A stretch of DNA of 64,000 bases. Origin: Bacteroidota bacterium. GTDB taxonomy: Bacteria; Bacteroidota; Bacteroidia; Bacteroidales; VadinHA17. Made by a program: the position numbers and the translations under genes. The notes under the pieces are model-generated. The model was not told the DNA's origin, did not search any database, and saw only the letters and a program-made list of their open reading frames with translations. Below are positions 35,247 through 47,086 of the stretch, piece by piece. Each line of letters starts with the position of its first letter. Position 1 is the stretch's first letter. The DNA is taken from NCBI GenBank assembly GCA_022561875.1, contig JADFQJ010000001.1, positions 96,501-160,500 on the forward strand. Direction: 5' to 3'.

Positions 35247-36920
35247 ATGAGCATTTTTGATTTTTTATACCGGTATATTACAAAAAAGATTGATAAAAGA
35301 AAACCAGCTGTCAATAAAGACGACTATTTTCTGTTCAATATTGGTTCCTGTTCGTTTATTTTAGTCCTCATAATTTTTGGAACAATTGATTTGTTCGAAG
35401 GAAAGATGACTTATGGATTTTATAATTTTGGAGTTGGGATAACCGTTCTGGGATTTTTGTTATGGTATCTCCATGCATTTAAATATGAGCTTATTTCCAC
35501 ATTCGTAATCTCCTTGCTTGCTTTATGGTTAACAGCGGTATTGTTGCTGACAGAAGCAGAATATATACTGTTTTGGTTTACTCTTTTCCCGCCAGTTTCT
35601 ATTTTATTCCTGAAAAAGAAAAACGGAAGTATTCTTACAGGGCTGACTCTGTTAATTTTGCTGTTATTGTTACTTACACCTGTTACTACACTGAATCTAA
35701 TAATTTCACCCCGTTCAAAACTTATATTTCTTTTTGTCTATATTCTTCTTTATGGCATCAGTTATTACCTTAAAATTATTCACACCTGGAATATAAATAA
35801 ACTAATAAACACACAGGAGGAGGCAATAGAAGCAAATATTGCCAAGGATGATTTCATCTCAAAAATATCACACCAACTCCGGACTTCCCTTAACAATATT
35901 GTTGTCCTTGAAAAGATGATAAGTGATTTAATACCAACAGACAAACAGAAAGAATTACTGGATACTCTTATCGCTTCGACGAATAATCTTGTTGATGTTG
36001 TAAATAACATTTCCAACTTGCCGGGTATTGATATCCATTATAAGGAGAGGGGGAAAATAAAGTTTGACCTCTTCTCAACACTCTCGAATATCATGGATCC
36101 TTTCTCCGCTGAAACAAAAAAGAGTGTTGATTTCCATGTTAATGAATTTAAAAATTTTAATAGTGAAATAATTGGAGATCCGGTTCTGGTGAAACAAATC
36201 TTATTAAATATTCTTGAAAATATAATATATGATAAAGAAGACAAAAAGCCACAAATAACTATTTCTGTTACAAATCAAAAAGAAACATCCGATAATATTG
36301 TATTGCTTTTTATTATTGAAACCAACCGGTCAATATCTTACAATGAGGTCTTAAATAATAAATCGCTTGTTGATACACAGAGTGGTGAGTTCATTGATTT
36401 CTCAATTTCAGAAAAGCTCATTAATATTTTTGGAGGAAAATTGAAATATGAGAAACAAGAAGAACAGTTCCGGTTTGTATTCTCACTTGAATTCCAAAAA
36501 GTAGTTCATAAAGAAGTAGTTACTGTCAAAAAAGAAAAAGTTGACCTGATCGATTCAAATATCATGATAGTTGAAGATAATGAAATAAACCAGCAAATAA
36601 TGAAATTAAGCCTGATTAAGCTGGTGAAAAATGTTGATATAGCAGAAAATGGGAAAACAGCTCTTGACTTGTTCGGATTAAACAGATACGACCTTATTCT
36701 GATGGATATTCAAATGCCAGTAATGAATGGAATTACAGCAACAAAAAAAATCCGTGAAATTGAGGAAAGCACAAACACTCACACTCCAATAATAGCTATT
36801 ACTGCAAATGCGATGCTTGGTGATAAAGAGACATGCCTTTCAGCCGGTATGGATGACTATCTAAGCAAACCCTACCAGATGGAAGATCTTATCACCAGTA
36901 TGAAGAATCTTCTGTCTTAA
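35247..36920 (+). CDS. Membrane hybrid sensor: degenerate histidine kinase plus intact receiver domain
   Basis: About 6 TM segments; H-box ISHQLRTSLN; eroded N/G boxes; receiver IVEDN...LMDIQMP...ITANA...SKP. Confidence 0.85.
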   Translation: MSIFDFLYRYITKKIDKRKPAVNKDDYFLFNIGSCSFILVLIIFGTIDLFEGKMTYGFYNFGVGITVLGFLLWYLHAFKYELISTFVISLLALWLTAVLLLTEAEYILFWFTLFPPVSILFLKKKNGSILTGLTLLILLLLLLTPVTTLNLIISPRSKLIFLFVYILLYGISYYLKIIHTWNINKLINTQEEAIEANIAKDDFISKISHQLRTSLNNIVVLEKMISDLIPTDKQKELLDTLIASTNNLVDVVNNISNLPGIDIHYKERGKIKFDLFSTLSNIMDPFSAETKKSVDFHVNEFKNFNSEIIGDPVLVKQILLNILENIIYDKEDKKPQITISVTNQKETSDNIVLLFIIETNRSISYNEVLNNKSLVDTQSGEFIDFSISEKLINIFGGKLKYEKQEEQFRFVFSLEFQKVVHKEVVTVKKEKVDLIDSNIMIVEDNEINQQIMKLSLIKLVKNVDIAENGKTALDLFGLNRYDLILMDIQMPVMNGITATKKIREIEESTNTHTPIIAITANAMLGDKETCLSAGMDDYLSKPYQMEDLITSMKNLLS

Positions 36921-38158
36921 TATGGCAAAGGTCTGATCCCAATCACAAGCATATCATCCACCTGATCGTTTTTCCCTTTCCATGCCTCGATACTTTCTTC
37001 CAGAAAATCTTTTTGTTCCTGTAATGGCAATTTATGGATAGTAAGTAACATATGCCGGAAACGTCTGTACATAAACTTCTTCCCATTTGGACCTCCAAAC
37101 TGATCAGGATATCCATCTGAAAACAGATAGATCATATCACCCTTTTCAAGAGAAATAGAATGGTTGGTGAATTGATTTTGCTCATGCAATTCATGTTTTA
37201 AACCAATGGAAAAGCGATCAGCTCTGGTTTCGATCAGTTTGTTATCCCTGATCAGATATAAAGGATTGAAAGCTCCTGCATATTCAAGTTGTCTTTTCTC
37301 GCAGTCGATAACACAAAATGAAAGGTCCATTCCATCTTTTAACAAATAGTCTTCCTCCTCTCTGTGAAAAGTGTTTTCAATTCCCATACTAAGAATGTTC
37401 AGTATTTCGGATGGTTTTTCAACACCCTGAACTTTAATGATATTTCCCAGGATATCAAACCCTATCAACGACATAAAAGCACCCGGTACGCCATGTCCTG
37501 TACAATCAACCGCGGATACAAAAACCTTGTTGTTCCTTTCAGTAATCCAGTAAAAATCACCACTTACAATATCTTTGGGCTTAAATAATATGAACGAATC
37601 CGGAAGCAACTTTTTAAACAGCTGGTCTGAAGGTAACAGAGCCTCCTGAATTTTTCTTGCATATTGAATGCTTGATGTGATGCTTTTATTCTTTATAGAC
37701 AATTCCCGTCTTTGTCTTTCTACTTCTTTTGAAGCTATCTCTTTTTCTGTTAATATCAGGTTTGCTTTACGCAGACTCTTTGTACGGTATTGACTAAGTA
37801 TATAAATCAGCAAAATAATCACAATCCCGTAAATAAAATATGCAATATCGGTTTGCCAAACAGGGTCAAATTCGATCAAGCCGTTAAGTGTACTTATCCA
37901 TAAATTGCTCCCTGCATCTTCAATGATCCCGAAAATGGCATAATCTGGCAATCCATGTTCTTCTGAATACACAATAAAAGTTCCTTTCTGTTTGCTGAAT
38001 TTGAACAGGCCATTAGATGTTCCTATCCATTATGTTCCTGTCTGGTCTTCGAAAATTTCTCTTACCTGATTATCACTTAAGCTTGTCTGATCATCCTCTA
38101 TAAATGCAAATCTCTGAAATATTTCCAGTTCCCTGTCAAAAAAGAAAGTAATTCCGGT
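36917..38158 (-). pseudogene. Beta-propeller sensor / SpoIIE (PP2C) phosphatase, truncated
   Basis: Intact PP2C domain (VSGDFY, DCTGHGVPGA, DGMD, FSDG, DDM). The upstream frame has propeller repeats SLSDNQVREIFEDQTGT*WIGT with a stop at 38030-38032, has no N-terminus, and jumps directly EFDP|VWQT into the TM helix. A residual ORF from GTG 37972 could still be translated. Confidence 0.75.
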
Positions 38159-38159
38159 A

Positions 38160-40061
38160 CTATTTATCTATAACACCCGCACCTCCGGGAAAGAGCATCT
38201 TTTTCAATTTGGTTGAAGGAGAATGGACAAATTTTCCTAATCCCAGCGTATTCCATTTCTTATCTATGGTTTTTATTGTTGTATCATCTGAAACAATCAC
38301 ATTTGGCCATTCCCGTTCAAACTGGTCATGTTTAGACTTCCTGGTTGCATCAACGATAAGACAGTATGTTTTGGTTTCAGTTTTGTTTACCCGGATGTCC
38401 CGTTCTGGTTCAATATTTCCGACTGCAACCCATACAAGCAATGAAATATCATTCATATCCATACCATGATCAACCAGAACAAGAAGCTTTATTCCGGGAA
38501 CAGATACTTTATCCAAAAGATATTGTCCTGTTTCATGAGGTTGTTCATGGTCATTTTTCCTGATTGACACAAATAATGCAGGTATTTTTTTCCTTAAAAG
38601 GGAAACATTTACTCCGGATATTTTTTGTTCCAGTCCGGCATATTTTAATATCTTATCAATTTCAATCTTACTAAACAATGACTGTTTTACTGTTTCTTTG
38701 GCTATGGTATTTGTAGCATCAATACATAATTTACTGCCATATGCGAATTGCGTCGATGAGTGGTCGAGAATATCAAGAGGGCCTTTACTATAGTGAAGGT
38801 CTCCGGGTACTACAACATTTTCAAATATATAGTTGGCAAGCTCCTGATAATTATGAATATCAATTTCCTTACCGGTAATTACCATTATTTTTGCAAACAT
38901 CATCTGGCCGGCACCCAGAATGGCATTCATAACTTTTTGTGTTTGACCCTGGAATGTTTTATTAATCTTTATGATAGTCAGGTTATGCGCAACCCCTTCG
39001 GGAGGCATGTCCATATCCAATATTTCAGGGATCATGGTCAATTTCATTGGCATCAGGAATATCCGTTCAGTAGCCTTAATGATCCAGGCATCTTCCTGTG
39101 GGGGAATACCGACTATTGTTGCCGGATAAACTGCATTATTTTTATTAGTGATACATGTAACATGAAATTTCGGGAACCAATCAGGCAAGGAATAAAATCC
39201 TGTATGATCACCAAAAGGCCCTTCCCATGCCAATTCTTCATCAGGATCAATATATCCTTCGATAATAATATCTGCTTCAGCAGGAACTTCAAGATCATTT
39301 GTAATACATTTTACCAGATCAACTTTCTTTTTCCGAAGGAAACCTGCCATCATATACTCATCAATATTGTCAGGAAGCGGGGCGGTTGCACTGTAGGTAA
39401 GTACAGGATCGCCTCCGAGAGCAACGGCAACGGGCATTTTCTTTGCCATAGCTTTGTACAGATTATAATGGCGTGCACCTGTTTTATGGGGGTGCCAGTG
39501 CATACCGGTTGTTGTCTTGTTGAAAAGCTGCATCCTGTACATTCCCACATTCCTGGCATTATTTTCAGGATCACGGGTAATAACCATGGGCAGGGTAATA
39601 AACCGGCCACCATCTTCGGGCCAGCATCTCAGAACAGGGAGTATGTCAAGATCAGGGTTTTTGTGAATTACTTCCTGGCATCTACCCTTACCTGACACAA
39701 CTTTAGGCATCCATGATCCCATTGTTTTTAACAAGGGCAGAAGTTTGAGTTTCTTCCATATATTTTCGCGGGGTCTGGTCAGCTGCCTGAATATTGTTTC
39801 AATTTCTTCTCCTATTTTATCAAGGTTATCCGTACCAAGAGTAAGGCAAATACGTTTATTCGATCCCATAGCATTGATCAAAACAGGAAATGCAGTTCCG
39901 GTATTTTCAAACAACAAAGCTTTTCCTCCTCCTCCTGATTTGGAAACCCGGTCGGTAATTTCAGTTATTTCAAGTTCCGGATTAACATATTCTTTGATGC
40001 GGATAAGTTCATTGTTTTCTTCAAGTATATTAATAAAATTTTTCATTTCTTCAGATGCCAT
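38160..40061 (-). CDS. UbiD-family (menaquinone biosynthesis) decarboxylase
   Basis: LEITEI, WPEDGGRFIT, RNVGMYRMQ, EGPFGDHTGFY and GIPPQED. Start is 40061 or 40046. Confidence 0.9.
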   Translation of the reverse strand: MASEEMKNFINILEENNELIRIKEYVNPELEITEITDRVSKSGGGGKALLFENTGTAFPVLINAMGSNKRICLTLGTDNLDKIGEEIETIFRQLTRPRENIWKKLKLLPLLKTMGSWMPKVVSGKGRCQEVIHKNPDLDILPVLRCWPEDGGRFITLPMVITRDPENNARNVGMYRMQLFNKTTTGMHWHPHKTGARHYNLYKAMAKKMPVAVALGGDPVLTYSATAPLPDNIDEYMMAGFLRKKKVDLVKCITNDLEVPAEADIIIEGYIDPDEELAWEGPFGDHTGFYSLPDWFPKFHVTCITNKNNAVYPATIVGIPPQEDAWIIKATERIFLMPMKLTMIPEILDMDMPPEGVAHNLTIIKINKTFQGQTQKVMNAILGAGQMMFAKIMVITGKEIDIHNYQELANYIFENVVVPGDLHYSKGPLDILDHSSTQFAYGSKLCIDATNTIAKETVKQSLFSKIEIDKILKYAGLEQKISGVNVSLLRKKIPALFVSIRKNDHEQPHETGQYLLDKVSVPGIKLLVLVDHGMDMNDISLLVWVAVGNIEPERDIRVNKTETKTYCLIVDATRKSKHDQFEREWPNVIVSDDTTIKTIDKKWNTLGLGKFVHSPSTKLKKMLFPGGAGVIDK

Positions 40062-40091
40062 TTGAATCCGGAAATCAAACACAAGATACAA

Positions 40092-40120
40092 AAAAAGGCA
40101 TTCTTGAAGAATGCCTTTTT
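40092..40120 (-). terminator. Intrinsic terminator after citrate synthase (bidirectional form)
   Basis: AAAAAGGCATTCT-TGA-AGAATGCCTTTTT perfect inverted repeat. Confidence 0.8.
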
Positions 40121-40148
40121 CACATAGGATTATTAGATATCACATAGT

Positions 40149-41456
40149 TTATTTCTTAAATGCGATATCTTCAATCATCTTTGTTGAAAGTGATTTAGGT
40201 CTTTCAATAGGATATCCAAGAGCACGGTCCCATATAATATTGGATAATACACCAATAGAACGACCGATACTGAAAAGAACAGTATAGAAATCGTATTCAC
40301 GTATTCCATAATACCACTGGATAACTCCTGACTGAGCATCAACATTTGGCCAGGGGTTCTTAGCTTTTCCATGTTCTTTCAGAATATCCGGCACAACCTG
40401 GTACAATGAATCTACATATTTAAAGATCTGATCATCTGGCAGATGCTTCAAGCAAAAATCCCGCTGGGCTTTATATCTGGGATCGGTCTTCCTCAATACG
40501 GCATGACCATAACCCGGAATTACCTGTCCTGAATTCAATGTATCCCACACAAACTTTTTCATCTCTTCTTCACTTGGTGTTTTACCACCCATTTTTTCCA
40601 TAACTCCCTGTATCCAGCGAAGCACTTCCTGATTTGCCAGGCCGTGCAATGGACCTGCAAGACCATTGACCATTGCTGAGATTGCATAATAAACATCTGA
40701 CAGAGCACTGGAAACGAGGTGTCCTGTATGAGCACTTACATTTCCACTTTCATGGTCACTATGGAGGATAAAATACAATCTTGACATATCGTCATAAGGT
40801 TTATCAATGCCCATCATATGTGCAAAATTCGCACCGAAATCCAGATCAGGATTTGGAGGTATAATATCCCCATTCTTATATTTTTTCCTGTAGATATAGG
40901 CGCCTATCTCAGGCAATTTAGCAAGCAGATTCATAGAATCTTCGTACGTTGGATCCCAATAGACCATCTTGCTGATCCCTTTCTGATAACCTTTAACAAA
41001 TTCAGATTCTTTTTCCATAGAAAGTACGGCTGTAGAAAACATCACCATGGGGTGAGTTCCATCAGGAAGTGCATCAATAACATCAAAAACATACTTCGGT
41101 ACTACTTTCCTATGATTGAATTCCTCGGCAACCTCATTAACCTCATTTTCTGTTGGGAGATCACCGGTTAAAAGAAGATAAATAAATCCCTCAACAAAAG
41201 GTGTTTCTGAACCATCTTTTGGTTTAGGCAATTTTTCAAGGACTTCAGGTATTGTATAACCTCTGAATCTAATCCCTTCATAAGGGTCAAGGTATGAGAT
41301 ATCAGTTACCAGGCATTTTATGCCACGCATACCACCAATTAGTTTAGCAATTGTAACATCACCTACAACCACATCTCCATATTCCTTAATCAGTTTTGTG
41401 GTTCTGGGACGCCAATTTTCAATCTTTTCCTGTAATTTTTTCTTTAAGTTAGACAT
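40149..41456 (-). CDS. gltA: Citrate (Si)-synthase, eukaryote-like type
   Basis: GGMRGI, HSDHESGNVSAH, GLAGPLHGLANQEV, PGYGHAVLRKTDPR and NPWPNVDA. Confidence 0.93.
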   Translation of the reverse strand: MSNLKKKLQEKIENWRPRTTKLIKEYGDVVVGDVTIAKLIGGMRGIKCLVTDISYLDPYEGIRFRGYTIPEVLEKLPKPKDGSETPFVEGFIYLLLTGDLPTENEVNEVAEEFNHRKVVPKYVFDVIDALPDGTHPMVMFSTAVLSMEKESEFVKGYQKGISKMVYWDPTYEDSMNLLAKLPEIGAYIYRKKYKNGDIIPPNPDLDFGANFAHMMGIDKPYDDMSRLYFILHSDHESGNVSAHTGHLVSSALSDVYYAISAMVNGLAGPLHGLANQEVLRWIQGVMEKMGGKTPSEEEMKKFVWDTLNSGQVIPGYGHAVLRKTDPRYKAQRDFCLKHLPDDQIFKYVDSLYQVVPDILKEHGKAKNPWPNVDAQSGVIQWYYGIREYDFYTVLFSIGRSIGVLSNIIWDRALGYPIERPKSLSTKMIEDIAFKK

Positions 41457-41561
41457 TTTTTAAAGGTGTTTTTGATTATTAAAATGATTATTTTCATTAA
41501 AAATAGGTGATATACCCTTTAAAACCTAAGATATTTATATGCTGTAAATCAGGTTTAAAAT

Positions 41562-41596
41562 AAAAAACAGGGAGTGGCAACTGTCATCCCCTGTTT
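41562..41596 (-). terminator. Intrinsic terminator after eno
   Basis: AAACAGGG...CCCTGTTT stem with a 6-T tail on the minus strand, 22 nt after the eno stop. Confidence 0.7.
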
Positions 41597-41618
41597 AAAA
41601 GTTATTTAGAAAATATTT

Positions 41619-43422
<1,804 letters not shown>

Positions 43423-43456
43423 TTCTCAAAATTCGATTACCTGTTATTCACAATAA

Positions 43457-44449
43457 TTATTCCTTATCCAACTTATATTTACTTGTATCCATACCAAAAT
43501 TAAGATTCATTGACTTCAAGAGATCTTCAAGTTCAGTAAGAGATTTTTTTCCAAAGTTTCTGAACTTAAGCAAATCATTCTTGTTATACTTAACAAGTTC
43601 TCCCAAAGATTCCACCTCTGCTGCTTTCAAACAGTTCAGGGCACGAACTGACAGGTCAAGGTCGATAAGTTTTGTTTTAAGTAACTGCCTCATATGAAGC
43701 ACTTCCTCATCAAACTCTTCATTGGCAAATTTTTCATCTGTATCCAAAGTTATCTTCTCATCAGAGAAAAGCATAAAGTGAAAGATAAGTATTTTTGCTG
43801 CTTCCTTCAGTGCTTCTTTAGGAAATACGGAACCATCTGTCTGTATTTCCATAATAAGCTTTTCATAGTCGGTCTTTTGCTCTACCCTGAAGTTTTCAAC
43901 AGAATATTTAACATTCTTAATAGGGGTAAATATTGAATCGAGAGCAATTAACCCATATTCCGTTTCAGGTGGAGCATTTTCTTCAGAAGGTACATAGCCC
44001 CTGCCTTTATTAATAGTGATCTCCATTTGAAGTTTTACGTCAGGTTCTAATCTGCAAATAACATGATCAGGATTCAGGATCTCAAAGCTATTGAGAAATT
44101 CGGAAAGATCCCCTGCTTTGAATTCATTTTTACCTGAAATGTTAACCGTTATCTTCTCGTTATCAACCTCTTCAACCTGTTTTCTAAACCGGATTTGTTT
44201 CAAGTTAAGAACAATATCGGTAACATCATCTTTAACACCTTTTACAGTTGAAAATTCGTGATCGATACCGTTAATCTTAACAGTTGTAATTGCATACCCT
44301 TCAAGCGAAGAAAGGAGAATTCTTCTCAAGGCATTTCCGATAGTAATCCCATATCCGGGTTCTAAAGGACGAAATTCGAATTTACCGAAGGTTTCGTCCG
44401 ACTCAACCATTATTACTTTATCGGGTTTTTGAAATGCTAATATGGCCAT
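43457..44449 (-). CDS. rpoA: RNA polymerase alpha subunit
   Basis: [30 protein letters not shown] and NFGKKSL. Confidence 0.98.
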   Translation of the reverse strand: MAILAFQKPDKVIMVESDETFGKFEFRPLEPGYGITIGNALRRILLSSLEGYAITTVKINGIDHEFSTVKGVKDDVTDIVLNLKQIRFRKQVEEVDNEKITVNISGKNEFKAGDLSEFLNSFEILNPDHVICRLEPDVKLQMEITINKGRGYVPSEENAPPETEYGLIALDSIFTPIKNVKYSVENFRVEQKTDYEKLIMEIQTDGSVFPKEALKEAAKILIFHFMLFSDEKITLDTDEKFANEEFDEEVLHMRQLLKTKLIDLDLSVRALNCLKAAEVESLGELVKYNKNDLLKFRNFGKKSLTELEDLLKSMNLNFGMDTSKYKLDKE

Positions 44450-44467
44450 AAGTTACTTCTTAAAATG

Positions 44468-45076
44468 TTATTTTGAATATAATTCGACTATCAATTTTTC
44501 TTTGATGTTCTCAGGAATTTCTTCTCTTTCAGGCACATTTAGAAATTTGCCTGCCATTTGGTCCTGGTCCCATTCGAGCCAGGATGAATGAGAATAACGT
44601 ATAGATTCAAGGGAATTCAATATTACCTCTATAGATTTTGATTTTTCACGAACACCAATAATATCGCCAGCCCTAAGTGAATAAGAGGGTATATTTGCAA
44701 CCTTTCCATTCACTGTAATATGTTTATGAGATACCAGTTGCCGGGCTCCGTTCCTGGATGGGGCTATTCCTAAACGAAATACTACATTATCAAGTCTTGA
44801 CTCGAGCAGTTGAAGCAATACCTCACCTGTAATACCCTTACTTCTTGAAGCTTTATCAAACATATTCGCAAACTGACGCTCCAACACGCCATAAGTATAT
44901 TTAGCTTTTTGTTTTTCTTTAAGCTGTATTCCATATTCAGAAGTTTTTCTTCTTCTTTTGTTTGCTCCATGTTGTCCCGGGGGATAGTTCTTTTTCTCAA
45001 AGGACTTATCGGGTCCGTAAATAGGATCACCAAACTTCCTTGCAATTTTCGTTTTTGGTCCAATATACCTTGCCAT
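44468..45076 (-). CDS. rpsD: 30S ribosomal protein uS4
   Basis: [17 protein letters not shown] and IVELYSK. Confidence 0.98.
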   Translation of the reverse strand: MARYIGPKTKIARKFGDPIYGPDKSFEKKNYPPGQHGANKRRRKTSEYGIQLKEKQKAKYTYGVLERQFANMFDKASRSKGITGEVLLQLLESRLDNVVFRLGIAPSRNGARQLVSHKHITVNGKVANIPSYSLRAGDIIGVREKSKSIEVILNSLESIRYSHSSWLEWDQDQMAGKFLNVPEREEIPENIKEKLIVELYSK

Positions 45077-45122
45077 TTATTTTTCTTTTATTTAAATATT
45101 AAAACTTCTTATAAAAAATAAA

Positions 45123-45512
45123 CTAAACTCTTCTTCTTTTTGGTGGTCTGCATCCATTGTGTGGCATAGGAGTAATATCCATAATTTCGGTCACCTCAAT
45201 ACCATTTGAATGAATGGTCCTTATAGCAGATTCTCTTCCTGATCCAGGACCTTTAACATATACCTTTACTTTTCTTAAACCAGCGTCATAGGCCGTCCTG
45301 GTACATTCCTCAGCTGCCATTTGGGCCGCATAAGGGGTATTCTTCTTAGAGCCTCTGAATCCCATTTTACCTGCCGATGCCCATGATATCACTTGTCCCG
45401 AGTTATTAGTCAGAGAGATAATAATATTATTAAATGAAGCGTGTATATGGGCTTGCCCGTAAGGTTCTACCTTAACCACTTTTCTTCGTGACGAAACTTT
45501 CTTTTTAGCCAT
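45123..45512 (-). CDS. rpsK: 30S ribosomal protein uS11
   Basis: ASFNN, TPYAA and [13 protein letters not shown]. Confidence 0.98.
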   Translation of the reverse strand: MAKKKVSSRRKVVKVEPYGQAHIHASFNNIIISLTNNSGQVISWASAGKMGFRGSKKNTPYAAQMAAEECTRTAYDAGLRKVKVYVKGPGSGRESAIRTIHSNGIEVTEIMDITPMPHNGCRPPKRRRV

Positions 45513-45520
45513 AGTTTAAT

Positions 45521-45898
45521 CTATTTTGTAGCTTTCTTTTTATTGGCAATCGTTTTCCTTCTACCTTTGCGGGTTCTTGCATTATTTTTTGTGTTTTGAC
45601 CTCTTACAGGCATTCCTATACGATGACGAATACCACGGTAACTACCAATATCCATCAATCGTTTTATGTTCATCTGTGTTTCTGAACGCAATTCTCCTTC
45701 CAGTTTGTATTCATCATTCAGAATCTTTCTTATTATGTTAAGCTGGTCATCAGACCAATCCTTAACTTTCATGTCCCTGTCAATTCCAGCTTTATCGAGG
45801 ATTTTACCTGCGTTACTTTTTCCAATACCGAAGATATAGGTTAAACCTATTTCCCCTCTTTTTTCATTTGGTAAGTCAACTCCTACTATTCTTGTCAT
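45521..45898 (-). CDS. rpsM: 30S ribosomal protein uS13
   Basis: [14 protein letters not shown] and [14 protein letters not shown]. Confidence 0.98.
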   Translation of the reverse strand: MTRIVGVDLPNEKRGEIGLTYIFGIGKSNAGKILDKAGIDRDMKVKDWSDDQLNIIRKILNDEYKLEGELRSETQMNIKRLMDIGSYRGIRHRIGMPVRGQNTKNNARTRKGRRKTIANKKKATK

Positions 45899-45934
45899 AA
45901 AAACCTGTAATTAATAAATTATATTAACTAATTA

Positions 45935-46051
45935 TTATCCTTGTCTTTGTTTGAATCTGGGGTTCTTCTTATTGATCACGTAAAGTCTTCCTTTTCTTCT
46001 GACAATTTTACAGTCAGAACTACGTTTCTTTATCGATGCTTTTACTTTCAT
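45935..46051 (-). CDS. rpmJ: 50S ribosomal protein bL36 (Zn-free type)
   Basis: Manual translation: [38 protein letters not shown]. Confidence 0.95.
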   Translation of the reverse strand: MKVKASIKKRSSDCKIVRRKGRLYVINKKNPRFKQRQG

Positions 46052-46069
46052 GGTCGAACTATTATTCTG

Positions 46070-46288
46070 TTATTTGTATCTAAATGTTATTCTTCCCTTA
46101 GTAAGATCGTAAGGTGACATTTCAACCTTAACTTTATCTCCGGGAAGTATTTTAATATAATGCATTCGCATTTTACCGGAAATATGAGCAGTAATAACGT
46201 GTCCGTTTTCTAATTCAACACGGAACATCGCGTTTGACAGAGCCTCAATTATTGTTCCATCCTTTTCAATTGATTGTTGTTTCGCCAT
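46070..46288 (-). CDS. infA: Translation initiation factor IF-1
   Basis: [24 protein letters not shown]. Confidence 0.98.
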   Translation of the reverse strand: MAKQQSIEKDGTIIEALSNAMFRVELENGHVITAHISGKMRMHYIKILPGDKVKVEMSPYDLTKGRITFRYK

Positions 46289-47072
46289 TACTAATAATTT
46301 TATTTTCTAATACTTCATCGATAAACCGGAAAGTGGTTAATACATCAGCTTTCCCTTTATCGATGGCAACGGCATATTCAAAATGTGCCGATGGTTTATT
46401 GTCCAATGTACGAATGGTCCAACCATTCGTTTCCTGAATAATACTTTTTATCCCCATATTTATCATGGGTTCAATACAAATTACAAGTCCTTTTTTCAAT
46501 TTAACACCTTGTTTCCGGTTTCCATAATTAGGAACCTCCGGTGGTTCATGCAGGTTTTTTCCGAGTCCATGTCCCACCATTTCTCTGACAACAGAAAAAC
46601 CACCTCTCTCTGCATGCTTCTGGACAGCAAAACTGATATCTCCAAGCCTGTTACCATGAACTGCCTGTTCAACACCTTTCTCCAATGATTCACGGGTATA
46701 TTCAAGTAATTTCATCGCTTTCCCGTCAACCTCACCAACAGGGAAAGTAAAGGCAGAATCTCCGTAAAATCCATTTTTAATAACACCACAATCAACTGAA
46801 ATAATATCTCCCTCTATTAAACTGTATCCTGAGGGTATTCCATGAACTACCTGGCTGTTAACCGAAGTACAAAGGGTATTGGGAAAACCATTATATCCCT
46901 TAAACCCGGGTTCTGCTCCATAGCCTCTGATATATTCCTCGGCAATAATATCAAGCTTTTGTGTTGTTATACCCGGTTTGATATACTTAGCCAGCTCAGC
47001 AAGTACTTTTGATACAAGCAGGTTGTTCTCCCGAAGTATTTCAATCTCCCTGGAAGTTTTGTAATTTAACAT
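46266..47072 (-). CDS. map: Methionine aminopeptidase type I
   Basis: VVHGIP, DCG...GDSA, GHGLG..LHE, IEPM and SAHFE. Confidence 0.96.
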   Translation of the reverse strand: MLNYKTSREIEILRENNLLVSKVLAELAKYIKPGITTQKLDIIAEEYIRGYGAEPGFKGYNGFPNTLCTSVNSQVVHGIPSGYSLIEGDIISVDCGVIKNGFYGDSAFTFPVGEVDGKAMKLLEYTRESLEKGVEQAVHGNRLGDISFAVQKHAERGGFSVVREMVGHGLGKNLHEPPEVPNYGNRKQGVKLKKGLVICIEPMINMGIKSIIQETNGWTIRTLDNKPSAHFEYAVAIDKGKADVLTTFRFIDEVLENKIISNGETTIN

Positions 47073-47086
47073 CAAAGAACTCTTAA

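Noticed and set aside
8806-38032. Stop-codon recoding as the explanation for the two in-frame TAA codons
   Set aside because: TAA ends many intact core genes here, and both affected genes have other lesions nearby; ordinary nonsense mutation is simpler.
38760-39695. 311-aa plus-strand ORF
   Set aside because: It lies wholly antisense to the ubiD-family gene and has no recognisable motifs, so it is a shadow ORF. The other short antisense or overlapping ORFs in the track were rejected likewise.
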